A stretch of 64,000 bases of DNA from Candidatus Limnocylindrales bacterium (GCA_038245515.1 JBBRSJ010000001.1:169376-233375), one strand, 5' to 3'; numbered from the stretch's first letter, positions 35,867 through 46,581 are shown. Notes: a model not told the origin generated them from the sequence alone. Numbers and translations are program-made.

Positions 35867-37027
35867 TCACGCGGACTGCTCCGCGACTTCACTGGCGCTC
35901 AACCGACCGGCGCGCGCGGCCAGATTCGGCAGCTCTGCGGGGAAGGTTCCGGAGCGGATCGCGGTCCGGATCCTGGCCATGAAGTCTAGGGTGAAGGTCA
36001 GGTTGTGACAAGTTGCGAGGCGATACGCAAGGAGCTCCTTGGCCCGCAGCAGATGCGCCAGGTAGGCGCGCGAGAACGACCGGCAGAGGAGGCATGGGCA
36101 GTCGGCCTGGACGGGCTGCGGATCGTCGAGGTAGCGGGCGTTCTGCAAATTCATCCGGCCGCCCGGAACCCACAGCTGGCCGTTCCGCGCGACCCGCGCC
36201 GGCAGCACCGAATCGAACAGGTCGACGCCGCGCTGGACCGCATCGAGGAGGTCCGCCGGCGAGCCGAGGCCCATGAGGTAGCGCGGCCGCGGGTCGTCGG
36301 CGAGGATCGGCACCGCGACGTCGAGCGCGGCGTTGCGCTGGGCGGGCGTCTCGTCGCCGGCGAGGCCGCCGAGGCAGATGCCGTCGAACGGCAACGAGGC
36401 GATGTACCGCGTGCTCTCGGCCCGGAGGTCCGGCTCGAGCCCGCCCTGGACGATCCCGAACAGCGCCTGGTCCGGGCGGCCGTGGGCGCGGAGCGAGCGC
36501 TCGGCCCAGCGGTGGGTGCGCTCGGTCGCGTCCTGCACGACCGCCCGCGGCGAGCTCGGAAACACCGGCTGGTCGAACGCGACCGCGACATCCGAGCCGA
36601 GCGCCTGCTGGACCGTCATCGCGAGCTCCGGCGTGAAGCGGTGGGTCGAGCCGTCGAGGTGGCTCCGGAACGTGACGCCGTCCTCGTCGACGACGCGGAG
36701 GTCGCCGAGCGAGACGACCTGGAACCCGCCCGAGTCGGTCAGGATCGGCCCGTCCCAGGCCATGAACCGGTGGAGCCCGCCAAGCCGCTCGATCCGCTCG
36801 TGGCCGGGCCGCAGGTACAGGTGGTAGGTATTGGCGAGGATGATCGAGGCGCCGACCTCCCGGATGTCGTCGGGATGGAGCGCCTTGACCGTCGCGTTCG
36901 TGCCGACCGGCATGAACTGAGGCGTCTCGACGACGCCATGGGTCAGCTCGAGGCGGCCGACCCGGGCGCGAGTCGAGCCGTCGGCGGGCGGCGGGACGTC
37001 GACGCGGAAGCTCGCGGCGCCGGTCAC
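35867..37027 (-). CDS. tgt: queuine tRNA-ribosyltransferase
   Basis: TPxFMPVGT, LxDSGGFQ and the zinc site CxCxxC...H. The GTG start overlaps the ruvB stop. Confidence 0.95.
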   Translation of the reverse strand: MTGAASFRVDVPPPADGSTRARVGRLELTHGVVETPQFMPVGTNATVKALHPDDIREVGASIILANTYHLYLRPGHERIERLGGLHRFMAWDGPILTDSGGFQVVSLGDLRVVDEDGVTFRSHLDGSTHRFTPELAMTVQQALGSDVAVAFDQPVFPSSPRAVVQDATERTHRWAERSLRAHGRPDQALFGIVQGGLEPDLRAESTRYIASLPFDGICLGGLAGDETPAQRNAALDVAVPILADDPRPRYLMGLGSPADLLDAVQRGVDLFDSVLPARVARNGQLWVPGGRMNLQNARYLDDPQPVQADCPCLLCRSFSRAYLAHLLRAKELLAYRLATCHNLTFTLDFMARIRTAIRSGTFPAELPNLAARAGRLSASEVAEQSA

Positions 37028-38136
37028 GCCTCGGGCTCATTGGGCGCGGTCGGGTCCGGGGCTTCGCGCGCGATCGGCGGATCCCACAGCCCGACCATCT
37101 CCGGCTCGGCCCGGCGCGGCGGCGGGATCTCGTAGCCGAGCTTGGCGAGGTGGTTGCGAGCGGCCTCGGTCGCGATCCGGCCCTGCGGCGTCCGGTCGAG
37201 AAAGCCGAGCCGGAGCAGGAACGGCTCGTAGACGTCCTCGATCGTCTCGACCTCCTCGGCGAGGACGGCGGCCAGGGCCTGGACGCCGACCGGACCCGAT
37301 GCGAACTTCTGGACGATCGCGGCCAGGAGCTTCCGATCGGTCGAGTCGAGCCCCTCGTCGTCGATTTCCATCTGGCGCATCGCCGCCGTCGCGGTGGCCT
37401 CGTCGACCCGGCCGTTGCCGTGGACCTCGGCGTGGTCGCGGGTCCGCTTCAGGAGCCGGTTGACGATCCGCGGGGTGCCCCGGCCGCGACGCGCGATTGC
37501 CCGGGCGGCGGCATCGTCGATCGCGACGTCGAGGATCCGGGCCGAGCGGTCGACGATCGCTGCGAGGTCGTCCTCCTCGTAGAAGTCGAGTCGGTACGAG
37601 GCGCCGAACCGGTCGCGGAGCGGGCTCGAGATCCGGCCCGCCCGCGTCGTCGCCCCGACGACCGTGAAGGGCTTCAAGCTGAGGCGAAGGCTCCGGGCGC
37701 TCGGGCCCTTCCCGATCATGACATCGAGCGCGTAGTCCTCCATCGCCGGGTAGAGGATCTCCTCGACCGCGTGGTTCAGGCGATGGATCTCGTCGATGAA
37801 CAGGACGTCGCGCTCCTCGAGGGCGGTCAGGATCGCGGCCAGGTCGCCGGCCCGCTCGACGGCGGGGCCGCTGGTGTAGCGGACGTTCACACCGAGCTCG
37901 CGGGCGATGATCGTGGCGAGCGTCGTCTTGCCGAGTCCGGGGGGGCCGAACAGGAGGACGTGGTCAGCGGCCTCTCCCCTGCCCCGCGCCGCGGCGAGCA
38001 GGACCGACAGGTTCGCCTTGACCTCGCGCTGCCCGATGTATTCGTCGAGCGTCCGCGGCCGGAGGGCGCCCTCGACGATCTTGTCGGAGTCGTCGATCAG
38101 GTCCGGGGCGAGCATCCGCGAGAGGTCGTCCGTCAT
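37024..38136 (-). CDS. ruvB: Holliday junction branch-migration ATPase RuvB
   Basis: [19 protein letters not shown] and [16 protein letters not shown]. Confidence 0.95.
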   Translation of the reverse strand: MTDDLSRMLAPDLIDDSDKIVEGALRPRTLDEYIGQREVKANLSVLLAAARGRGEAADHVLLFGPPGLGKTTLATIIARELGVNVRYTSGPAVERAGDLAAILTALEERDVLFIDEIHRLNHAVEEILYPAMEDYALDVMIGKGPSARSLRLSLKPFTVVGATTRAGRISSPLRDRFGASYRLDFYEEDDLAAIVDRSARILDVAIDDAAARAIARRGRGTPRIVNRLLKRTRDHAEVHGNGRVDEATATAAMRQMEIDDEGLDSTDRKLLAAIVQKFASGPVGVQALAAVLAEEVETIEDVYEPFLLRLGFLDRTPQGRIATEAARNHLAKLGYEIPPPRRAEPEMVGLWDPPIAREAPDPTAPNEPEA

Positions 38137-38459
38137 CGCGCCGAATCTACCATGCCCGAAGCCGTTTCGCACAGATGTTCTATCCGGCGGCAGTCCCGAC
38201 GGTTGCCGCTCGGAGCTTCTTCTCGCCTCGGCTGTGCGCCCGACGCATCGAACGTCGAAGGAGATGGGCCCCAGCCTCTGTTCCATGCGTCCCGCGCACC
38301 AGCCGTCGAAGCCGGCCCGCGATTCCCGGTCGCCGGCGGGTCCCGGCCGTCGTTTCGTGCGTCCGACGCGAAAGGAACGCAGTGGCCACCGCAACACGAT
38401 GGCGAGAACGAGCCAACCCTGCGCGGAACCCCCACTCGGCGGGTAGGCATTCGGTCACA

Positions 38460-38999
38460 ATGGCCACGATGCGACTCTCCCGCCGGTCCGAGTACGGGAT
38501 CCGCGCCCTCGTCGACCTGGTCCGGAGCGAGGCCGCCCTGAGCGCCGCCGTGACCGCCCTCGCGGTCGCCGATGAGGCACAACCTCATTCGACGCCGGTC
38601 TCGCTTGCGACCCTCGCCCAGCGCAACAACCTGCCGCCGAAGTTCCTCGAGCAGATCATGTCGACGCTCAAGCACGGCGGCATCGTCCGGACGACGCTCG
38701 GCGCACACGGCGGATATGCGATGGCCATGGACCCGGCGACGGTCAACATCGGGCGGGTCATCCGGCTCCTGGACGGAGCGCTCGCACCGCTCTCCTGCGT
38801 CAGCCTGCGCTACTACGCTCGGTGCTCGTGCCCTGACGAGACGGCGTGCTCGCTGCGCGACGTCATGCTGGACGTCCGTGACGCCATGCTCGAGATCCTC
38901 GACAACGAGACGCTCGCCGAGCTGGCGGTCCGTCGCGGCCGGGAATCGATCGACCCGCGCGGTCTTCACGCCGACGCCCTCGCCGGCCAGCGCCCCTGA
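38460..38999 (+). CDS. Rrf2-family transcriptional regulator with a 4-Cys cluster
   Basis: Winged HTH (MRLSRRSEYGIRALVDL) and a Cys cluster CVSLRYYARCSCPDETAC. Confidence 0.8.
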   Translation: MATMRLSRRSEYGIRALVDLVRSEAALSAAVTALAVADEAQPHSTPVSLATLAQRNNLPPKFLEQIMSTLKHGGIVRTTLGAHGGYAMAMDPATVNIGRVIRLLDGALAPLSCVSLRYYARCSCPDETACSLRDVMLDVRDAMLEILDNETLAELAVRRGRESIDPRGLHADALAGQRP

Positions 39000-39112
39000 T
39001 CGAGGCCGGCAGTCCTGCAAGGCGCAACGTCCCGCCGCCTGAGGCGTCCCAGCCCTGACGGTCGGGTCGGGCTCGCCGATCCGCGGCAGCCGATCCGCGG
39101 CAGAGGAGCACG

Positions 39113-40708
39113 ATGATCATGGGATCGCTGAAGCGGGCGGCACGCGACGGATTCGCGTCGTTCGTCGGCCTGGGACGAGGACTCTGGCTGTTCCCGCTCG
39201 ACACGATGTTCCGGACTGTCGGCCTCCGCTACGGCTGGCTCAAGGCCTTGTTCAACGCGACGCCGGCACCGCTCCTTCGCGGGATCGGCCGGCTGCGCGC
39301 CGAGCGGGCGGCCTGGCGGGCGACGCGCGGCGTTCCGGCCTATGGCCGGTATCTCGCGGAGTCGGGCGTGGACGTCGCGGGCCTGTTCCCGCTCGGGATC
39401 CTGAGCCACCTGCCCGAGACCGACAAGGCGAGCTACGTGGACCGCTACGGGCTGCTCGATCGCTGCGTCGGCGGGGCGGTCGCCTATCCGGGCACGACGA
39501 TCGACGAGTCCAGTGGCTCGACCGGCACGCCGTACAACTGGATCCGGAGCCGCCGGGAGCGCGAGGTCGCCCATCGCAACATCGGCTTCTTTGCCCGGTA
39601 TGCGTTCGGGACCGAGCCGCTCGTCACGATCAATGCGTTCTCGATGGGCGCCTGGGCCGCCGGCTTCAACATGAGCCTCGGCATGCTCCGCCACGGGATC
39701 GTGAAGTCGGTCGGGCCCGACGTCGACAAGATCCTCTCGACCCTGGCGTTCCTCGGCCCGTCGTACCGCTTCCTGATCTCGGGCTATCCGCCGTTCATCA
39801 AGCACCTTCTCGACGAGGGCGAGCGGCGCGGCTTCCCGTGGGCGGACTACCAGCTCCATGCCCTCGTCGGCGGCGAGGGGATGACGGAAGGCCTGCGCGA
39901 CGTCCTCCTGCGCAGGTTCGTCTCGGTCTACTCCGGCTACGGCGCAACCGACATCGAGATCGGCATGGCCGGCGAATCGCCGGTGAGCATCGCCGTGCGT
40001 CGGCTGGCCCGCGCCAGGCCCGATGTGGCGCGGGCACTGTTCGGGTCCGACTCCCGCCTGCCGATGGTCTTCCAGTACAACCCGCTGATCCACTACATGG
40101 AGGTCAACGCCCTCGGCGAGGTGATCTGCACCGTGTCGCGGCTCGACCTCCTCTCGCCCCGGATCCGCTACAACGTCCATGACTCGGGCGGGATCGTCGA
40201 CTTCGGCACCGTCAAAAAGGTTCTCGCCGGCTTCGACTTCGATATCGATTCGCTCGACCAGGCGATCGAGGTCCACGGTCCGCGCGGACCGCTGCCGTGG
40301 GCCCGGCCGATCCCGCTGCCGTTCCTCTGGATCAACGGCCGGCGCGACGCGACGATCAGCGTCATGGGCTCGAACATCTATCCCGAGGACATCGAGGCGA
40401 TCCTCTACCGCGATCCCGCGGTCCAGCCGCGCCTCGTGTCGTTCATGCTGTCGGTCGTCGACGACGAGACGGGCACGCCCCGGCCGGCGATCGCGATCGA
40501 ACTGTCAGATCTCGCCGGCGTCGATCCGGCCTGGCGCCTCTCCGCGGCGGAGCGGCTGCGCGAAGGGCTCACCAACCTGAACATCGACTACCGCTCGTCG
40601 GTTCGCGAGTTTCCCGGCGCGATGCTCCCGATCGTCTCGACCTGGGGCCCGGGCGGCGGTCCGTTCGCCGGTGACGCCCAGCGCATCAAGCAGCGCCGGA
40701 TCAGCTGA
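39113..40708 (+). CDS. PaaK-like adenylate-forming enzyme (phenylacetate-CoA ligase / CoF390 synthetase family)
   Basis: ESSGSTGTPYNW (SSGTTG-like adenylation motif), FSMGAWAAGFNMSLG, YSGYGATDIEIG. Confidence 0.75.
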   Translation: MIMGSLKRAARDGFASFVGLGRGLWLFPLDTMFRTVGLRYGWLKALFNATPAPLLRGIGRLRAERAAWRATRGVPAYGRYLAESGVDVAGLFPLGILSHLPETDKASYVDRYGLLDRCVGGAVAYPGTTIDESSGSTGTPYNWIRSRREREVAHRNIGFFARYAFGTEPLVTINAFSMGAWAAGFNMSLGMLRHGIVKSVGPDVDKILSTLAFLGPSYRFLISGYPPFIKHLLDEGERRGFPWADYQLHALVGGEGMTEGLRDVLLRRFVSVYSGYGATDIEIGMAGESPVSIAVRRLARARPDVARALFGSDSRLPMVFQYNPLIHYMEVNALGEVICTVSRLDLLSPRIRYNVHDSGGIVDFGTVKKVLAGFDFDIDSLDQAIEVHGPRGPLPWARPIPLPFLWINGRRDATISVMGSNIYPEDIEAILYRDPAVQPRLVSFMLSVVDDETGTPRPAIAIELSDLAGVDPAWRLSAAERLREGLTNLNIDYRSSVREFPGAMLPIVSTWGPGGGPFAGDAQRIKQRRIS

Positions 40709-40711
40709 GGC

Positions 40712-41293
40712 TCAGCCTCGGTGGGTTGCCAGCGCGACCAGGAACAGGGCCGGGATCCAGAGGGCGAGCAGGAACGCCACCATCGCCGCGCGCTGCCGCC
40801 CCGAGAACGAGCCAAGCTGGATCGCCGCGATGCAGAGAAGCCCGATCGCGATCGACACGGCCGCGTTCGCAATGGACCGAGGGGCAAGGGTGATCGCAGC
40901 CACGATCGTTCCGATCGTGGCGATTCCGGCCGCGGTGTTCTGGCCGACCTGGCGCGGCGAAGCCATGTCGTCGCTTCCGGCGAGGATGGCACCGTCGAGG
41001 CTGAGGCTGAACCGATGGTCCTGCGCCCCGAAGGTCTGGGTGACCCGCGCGGCCAGCTGATGGGCGCCGAGGCTTGCGCCGAGGCTTGCGCCGCCGAAGA
41101 CCGTCTGCCATTCGCGCCAACCGCGGGCGGCGCGGCGGCCGTCGATCGCGATCGACATCCAGCCCGAGATCATCGCGTACTCGACCGCGACCAGATGCAG
41201 CTCGTCATCCACCGACACCTGCCATTCGCGCCTGCGGGTGAATCCGGACGGGGGACGGGCGGGCAACGGGGCCGTCGGGCCGCGGTCAGTCAC
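40712..41293 (-). CDS. hypothetical membrane protein (C-terminal 2-3 TM helices)
   Basis: ...IATIGTIVAAITLA...VSIAIGLLCIAAIQLG...AMVAFLLALWIPALFLVALA. Start uncertain; the upstream end overlaps the ruvA stop. Confidence 0.45.
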   Translation of the reverse strand: MTDRGPTAPLPARPPSGFTRRREWQVSVDDELHLVAVEYAMISGWMSIAIDGRRAARGWREWQTVFGGASLGASLGAHQLAARVTQTFGAQDHRFSLSLDGAILAGSDDMASPRQVGQNTAAGIATIGTIVAAITLAPRSIANAAVSIAIGLLCIAAIQLGSFSGRQRAAMVAFLLALWIPALFLVALATHRG

Positions 41294-41882
41294 GAAGGAG
41301 GCTTCGGAGGGCCGCCTTGACCCGGTCCTCCAGGGTCCCGTCGATCGTGGCATCCGCGAGGGCGCTCCGCGACGCCTCGCGCGCCTCGGCCAGCGAGTAG
41401 CCGAGGGCCTGGAGCGCTCCGACGACCTCGCTCTCCGACGCACCGATCCCCGAGCCGGCCAGGGCGCTCGCCGCGATCCCTGCCGCTGCGACCTTCTCCT
41501 TGAGCTCGAAGATGATCCGCTCCGCGAGCTTCCGCCCGATTCCGGGGATCGCCACGAGGAGCGCCTGGTCCTGGGCCATGATCGCGAGCTGGAGATCGGG
41601 CGTCGGGCGCGAGCCGACGATCGCGAGCGCGACCTTCGGGCCGACGCCGGTCACGGTCAGGAGCAGGTTGAAGAACCCGAGGTCCTCGGTGGTCCGGAAG
41701 CCGAACAACGACTGCTGGTCCTCGCGGACGAGGTGGTACGTGTGGAGCTGGATCGTCGAGCCCGGCTGGGCGGTTGCGAGGATCGACGGGGCGGCGAACA
41801 CGCGGTAGCCGATCCCGGCCACCTCGATCACGAGCGAATCGAACGCGACCGCGCCGACCTTGCCCTCGACGGACGCGATCAC
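41286..41882 (-). CDS. ruvA: Holliday junction DNA helicase RuvA
   Basis: GTG start. Domain I GIGYRV, HhH GVGPKVALAI...IPGIGRKLAERI, and C-terminal domain III. Confidence 0.95.
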   Translation of the reverse strand: MIASVEGKVGAVAFDSLVIEVAGIGYRVFAAPSILATAQPGSTIQLHTYHLVREDQQSLFGFRTTEDLGFFNLLLTVTGVGPKVALAIVGSRPTPDLQLAIMAQDQALLVAIPGIGRKLAERIIFELKEKVAAAGIAASALAGSGIGASESEVVGALQALGYSLAEAREASRSALADATIDGTLEDRVKAALRSLLRD

Positions 41883-42147
41883 GCGGGTCCGATCGACCGG
41901 CTTCCGCCAGATACCACCCCGCGTGGCGCGAGGCGCCGGATGGCGGCCCGCCCCGGTGCGGTTTCGTCAATGACCAGCGCCCGTGGTGCGTGTCCGGGTG
42001 TCGAGGCCATCGACAGGCGATTTGTCGCTCGAGTCAGCCGAATTCGACGAACCGGAGCACCGATCTGGCCTCCTGACCCCCCGATCGGTCGATTCTCACG
42101 CGGGATGGTGAATGGCGAAACGGGCTGCACAGCCCGGTACGGAACCG

Positions 42148-42753
42148 TCACGAGGCCTTCGTCCGTGACGCCCGCTTCTCGGCAGCCAGGGCCTCCCGGA
42201 CCGCCCGGTCGTAGGCCGACTCGCCGCGCTCGATCGCGGCCGATGCGCCCCGATCGAGGACCGCGGCACCGGCCCGCGTCGGCTGGCCGATCACGCTCGC
42301 GATGCAGATCGCGATCGCAAGGGCGTCGGCCGCGTCGTCCGGCGTCGGTCGGGCCGCCATCCCGAGGACCACCTGGACCATCCGCGACACCTGCTCCTTG
42401 TCGGCGTTGCCGTAGCCCGCGACCGCCGACTTCACCTCGTTGGGGGTCGCTTCGCGGACCGGGCGACCGGCCGCGGCGGCCGCCAGCAGGACGACCCCGC
42501 GGGCATGACCGACCGCCATGGCCGTCTGGGCGTTGCGCGAGAAGAACAGCCGCTCGACGGCGACGACCGCCGGCTCGTGGAGCGAGATCAGGTCGACGAC
42601 CGCCGCGTGGATCGCGAGGAGTCGTTCGGCGAGGGGCAGATCGGGCGAGGTGGTCACGCAGCCGTGGTCGATCGCCCGGAGGCGGCCGGCCGTCCGGTCG
42701 ATGACGCCCCAGCCGAGCGCGGCGGTGCCCGGGTCGATGCCGAGGATGATCAC
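42148..42753 (-). CDS. ruvC: crossover junction endodeoxyribonuclease RuvC
   Basis: MIILGIDPGT...VAVE... RNase-H fold catalytic residues. About 35-aa C-terminal extension. Confidence 0.95.
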   Translation of the reverse strand: MIILGIDPGTAALGWGVIDRTAGRLRAIDHGCVTTSPDLPLAERLLAIHAAVVDLISLHEPAVVAVERLFFSRNAQTAMAVGHARGVVLLAAAAAGRPVREATPNEVKSAVAGYGNADKEQVSRMVQVVLGMAARPTPDDAADALAIAICIASVIGQPTRAGAAVLDRGASAAIERGESAYDRAVREALAAEKRASRTKAS

Positions 42754-42798
42754 GGTGCCGTCATGACGACGGACACCAGGCGCAGCGAGCGCCCGAGG

Positions 42799-43554
42799 TC
42801 ACCCGGCGACCTCGGCGTAGACGTCCTCGGGAATGTCGAAGTTGGCGGTCACCCGCTGCACGTCGTCGAGGTCCTCGAGCAGCTCGACGAGGCGGAGCGC
42901 CTGGCGGGCCTTGGACGAGTCGAGCTCGACGGTCTGCTTGGCGACCATCGTGTTCTCGGCGGAGTCGACCGGCACACCTGCGCCCTCGAGCGCCTTGCGG
43001 ACCGCCTCGAGGTCGGCCGGCGAGGTGTAGATCTCGATCGTGTCGTCGGATTCGGTGTCGACGTCCTCGGCCCCCGCGTCGATCGCCGCCAGGGTCACCT
43101 CGTCGGCATCGACTGTGCCATCCCGGTTGACCGCGATCAGGCCGCGCGGCTCGAACTGCCAGGCGACGGCCCCCGAGCCCGCGAGCTGCCCGCCCGCCTT
43201 CGTGAACATCGAGCGGACCTCGGCCGCGGTCCGATTGCGGTTGTCGGTCGCCGCCTCGACGAGGATCGCCACGCCGCCCGGGCCGTAGCCCTCGTAGACG
43301 ATCTCCTCGAACTGGTCGGCCTCGCCGCCGCCGGTCGCCTTGTCGATCGTCCGCTTGATGTTGTCGGCGGGCATGTTGACCGAGCGGGCCTTCTCGATCG
43401 CGAGCCGGAGGCGGTAGTTCGCGTCCGGATCGCCGCCACCGGTCCGCGCCGCGACGCTGATCTCGCGGGCGACCTTGGTGAACACCGCGCTGCGCTTGGC
43501 GTCAGTGATGCCCTTCGCGCGCTTGATCGTCGACCACTTGGAATGACCTGACAT
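42799..43554 (-). CDS. yebC: YebC/PmpR family DNA-binding regulator
   Basis: MSGHSKWSTIKRAKG... Confidence 0.95.
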   Translation of the reverse strand: MSGHSKWSTIKRAKGITDAKRSAVFTKVAREISVAARTGGGDPDANYRLRLAIEKARSVNMPADNIKRTIDKATGGGEADQFEEIVYEGYGPGGVAILVEAATDNRNRTAAEVRSMFTKAGGQLAGSGAVAWQFEPRGLIAVNRDGTVDADEVTLAAIDAGAEDVDTESDDTIEIYTSPADLEAVRKALEGAGVPVDSAENTMVAKQTVELDSSKARQALRLVELLEDLDDVQRVTANFDIPEDVYAEVAG

Positions 43555-43692
43555 CGCGGCGGGAGTATAGCCGACGATCGGGGCGGCGCCCGCCGTATGA
43601 TGGGTCCAAGTCCGGCCCGGTGGGGCCCGAATCCGCCCCCTTCCGAGCCTCCCGTTGTCCGTCCGTCGTACAGCTGTGAGGACCACTCGCCG

Positions 43693-45792
43693 ATGACGAT
43701 GAAGAGCGTCGACCCCGCCCACCTTCGGAGCGTCGTCCTGGCCGGCCACGCCGGCGCTGGCAAGACGACGCTGGCCGAGCAGCTCCTATTCCGCGCCGGC
43801 GCGATCCAGCGCCTCGGCAAGGTCGACGACGGGACCGCCCATCTCGACCACGAGCCTGAGGAGCAGAAGCGCAGGGAATCGCTGAGCCTGGCGGTGGCGA
43901 CCTTCGAGCACGATGCAACGCGGATCACGCTCGTCGACACTCCCGGCTACCCGGACTTCGTGTCCGAGGTGGTGTCGGGCTTCGCGGCCGCCGACGGGGC
44001 GCTGTTCGTGATGGACGCGTCGACCGGCGTCGGAGCGGGCCTCGAGACCGCGGTCGCGCTCGGACGGTCGACCGGCCGGGCGGCCTGCTTCTTCCTGAAC
44101 AAGTGCGATCGCGAGAACGCCGACCCGACGGCGGCCCTCGACGCGCTCCGGGCGCGGTTCGGCAACAAGATCGCGCCGCTCCATCTCGCGATCGGCAGGG
44201 CCGAGTCGTTCCGCGGCTACGTCGACCTCGTCCATCGCAGGGCCTGGGCGTTCGAGGACGGCAACGAGGTCGAGATTGCGGTCCCCGCCGAGCTCGCCGG
44301 CGAGATCGCGAGCCGCCGCGACCAGCTCCTCGAGGCCGCGGCCGAGGCCGATGACGACGTGATGACGAAGTACCTCGACGGCATCGAGATCAGCGACGCG
44401 GAGCTCGATACCTGCCTCCATCGTGGCGTCCGCGACTCGATCCTTGCCCCGGTCCTCGTCGGCAGCGCCGCGCGCGGGATCGGCATGGCGGCGCTCCTCG
44501 ACGCGTTCATCCGCTACCTGCCGACCGCGGCCGAGGAGCCGCCCGTCGAGGCCCGCGACACGAAGACCAGCCAGCCGGTGACGATCACGCCGGACCCGGC
44601 GGGCCCCCTCGTCGCGCGCGTCTTCAAGACCGCTGCCGACCCATTCGTCGGCCGGCTCACGTATCTCCGGATCCTGAGCGGCACGCTCCACGCACAGGCC
44701 CACGCCTGGAACGCAAACCGCGACGAGGACGAGCGGATCGGCGGGCTGCTGCTCCTCCACGGCAAGGACCAGGAGCCGATCGGCGAGCTCCAGGCCGGCG
44801 AGATCGGCGCGGTCGCGAAGCTCGCGTCGACCGAGACCGGCGACACGCTCTCGGCACGTGAGCACCCGGTGATCCTGCCGCCGCTGGCATTCCCGGAGCC
44901 GTCGCTGTCGGTCGCGATCGAACCGCAGACGAAGGCCGACCTCGACAAGATGGGGGCGGCCCTGCAGCGGATGCTCGAGGAGGAGCCGTCGGCGCGGGTC
45001 GAGCGTTCGTCAACCGGCGAGCAGCTCCTCGTGGCGATGGGCGACGCCCATATCGCGGTCATCGGCGAGAGGCTCAAGCGCAAGTTCGGCGCGGCGATCC
45101 TCACGAGGCAGCCACGGGTCCCCTACCGCGAAACGATCCGGGGCGCGACCAAGGTCGAGGGCAAGTACAAGAAGCAGACCGGTGGTCACGGCATGTTCGG
45201 GCACGTCTGGCTCGAGATCGAGCCGAACCCCGGCGGCGGCGTGGAGTTCGCCGAGAAGGTCGTCGGCGGCTCGGTCCCGAAGGGCTTCTTCCCGGGCATC
45301 GAGAAGGGCATCCGCGAGGCGGCTGCAGAAGGCGTGCTCGCGGGCTATCCCCTATCGGATTTCCGGGCGACGCTCTACGACGGCTCGTTCCACAACGTCG
45401 ACTCGAACGAGCTGTCGTTCAAGATCGCGGCCTCGATGGCGCTGAAGAAGGGCGTGATGGACTGCCGGCCGGCCCTGCTCGAGCCGATCATGGCGGTCGA
45501 GGTCCGGGTTCCCGAGGAGTACATGGGCGATGTCAACCGCGATCTGAATACGCGCCGCGGGCGGGTCCTCGGCATGGACACGGGCGGTGACGGGACGCAA
45601 GTCGTGGCGGCCCAGGTGCCCCAGTCGGAGCTGTTCTCGTATGCGACCGAGCTCCGCTCACTGACCCACGGCCGCGGCACGTTCACCGCGACTGTCGATC
45701 ACTACGAGGAGGTCCCAGGCCACCTCGCCGAAAAGGTGATCGAGGTCCATCGCAAGGAGGCCGACGCGGCGGGTGCCCACGGCGGGCATTGA
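43693..45792 (+). CDS. elongation factor G paralog (EF-G2-like translational GTPase)
   Basis: G1 AGHAGAGKTT, G3 DTPGYPDF, G4 NKCD. EF-G domains II-V present (GHVWLEIEP, ELRSLTHGRG). Confidence 0.9.
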   Translation: MTMKSVDPAHLRSVVLAGHAGAGKTTLAEQLLFRAGAIQRLGKVDDGTAHLDHEPEEQKRRESLSLAVATFEHDATRITLVDTPGYPDFVSEVVSGFAAADGALFVMDASTGVGAGLETAVALGRSTGRAACFFLNKCDRENADPTAALDALRARFGNKIAPLHLAIGRAESFRGYVDLVHRRAWAFEDGNEVEIAVPAELAGEIASRRDQLLEAAAEADDDVMTKYLDGIEISDAELDTCLHRGVRDSILAPVLVGSAARGIGMAALLDAFIRYLPTAAEEPPVEARDTKTSQPVTITPDPAGPLVARVFKTAADPFVGRLTYLRILSGTLHAQAHAWNANRDEDERIGGLLLLHGKDQEPIGELQAGEIGAVAKLASTETGDTLSAREHPVILPPLAFPEPSLSVAIEPQTKADLDKMGAALQRMLEEEPSARVERSSTGEQLLVAMGDAHIAVIGERLKRKFGAAILTRQPRVPYRETIRGATKVEGKYKKQTGGHGMFGHVWLEIEPNPGGGVEFAEKVVGGSVPKGFFPGIEKGIREAAAEGVLAGYPLSDFRATLYDGSFHNVDSNELSFKIAASMALKKGVMDCRPALLEPIMAVEVRVPEEYMGDVNRDLNTRRGRVLGMDTGGDGTQVVAAQVPQSELFSYATELRSLTHGRGTFTATVDHYEEVPGHLAEKVIEVHRKEADAAGAHGGH

Positions 45793-46551
45793 TCACTCGC
45801 CGAGCGGGACTCGGCGCTCCACCCGAAGGGCCTCGGAGAGGGCGAGCGTGCCGTCGTACAGCGCCCGGCCCACGATCGCACCGGAGCAGCCGACGGCGCG
45901 GACAGCCTCGAGATCGGCCGTCGAGCGGATGCCGCCTGAGGCCAGGACCGCCGCTCCGGTCTGGTCGACGCAGCGAGCCAGGAGCTCGAGGTCCGGGCCG
46001 CCGAGCAGTCCGTCACGCTCGATCGCAGTCACGGCGAACGTGGTCACGCCGATCGCGCTGAGACTGGCGAGCGCGACGTCGATCGCGACGCCTGTTGCGC
46101 CCGCGACCCAGCCGTCGCCGATGGCCCGCCCGTCGCGAACGTCCAGGGCCACCACGACCCGATGGGCGCTGTGGCGCTCGATGACGGCGGCGACCATCGC
46201 GGGATCGCGGAGGGCCGCCGTGCCGATCGCGACGCGGTCCACGCCCGCGTCGAGGACGGCATCGATGGTGACCCCGTCGCGGAGTCCGCCGGCCACCTGG
46301 ATCTGTGGAGCCTCGGTCCATTCGTGGGACCTGTCCCGAATCGCCGCGACGACCGCCTGGATCGCCGCCGCCTGACGTCGCTCGCCTGCCCGCGCTCCGT
46401 CGAGGTCGACGACATGGAGCCATCCGGCGCCCTGAGCGGCGAACTCGCGGGCGACCTCGGCCGGGTCGTCGGCGTAGACCCGCTCGCGATCGAAGTCGCC
46501 CTGGCGGAGGCGGACCACCCGGCCACCGCGGAGGTCGATCGCCGGCAGTAC
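45793..46551 (-). CDS. hisA: ProFAR isomerase HisA (possibly PriA-type)
   Basis: VLPAIDLRGGRVVRLRQGDF...; (beta/alpha)8 phosphate-binding motifs GG...GG. Its stop abuts the EF-G2 stop at a shared TGATCA. Confidence 0.85.
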   Translation of the reverse strand, partial: VLPAIDLRGGRVVRLRQGDFDRERVYADDPAEVAREFAAQGAGWLHVVDLDGARAGERRQAAAIQAVVAAIRDRSHEWTEAPQIQVAGGLRDGVTIDAVLDAGVDRVAIGTAALRDPAMVAAVIERHSAHRVVVALDVRDGRAIGDGWVAGATGVAIDVALASLSAIGVTTFAVTAIERDGLLGGPDLELLARCVDQTGAAVLASGGIRSTADLEAVRAVGCSGAIVGRALYDGTLALSEALRVERRVPLGE

Positions 46552-46581
46552 GTGGAACGTTGACGACGATCGTGTTGCCAC

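Noticed and set aside
41879-42151. 90-aa ORF exactly filling the ruvC-ruvA gap, with GTGA overlaps at both ends
   Set aside because: GC3 is about 66%, far below coding genes here; Arg/Gly/Pro-rich with no motifs. The chance of an open frame over 270 nt at this GC is not small, so it is treated as a non-coding spacer (see finding).
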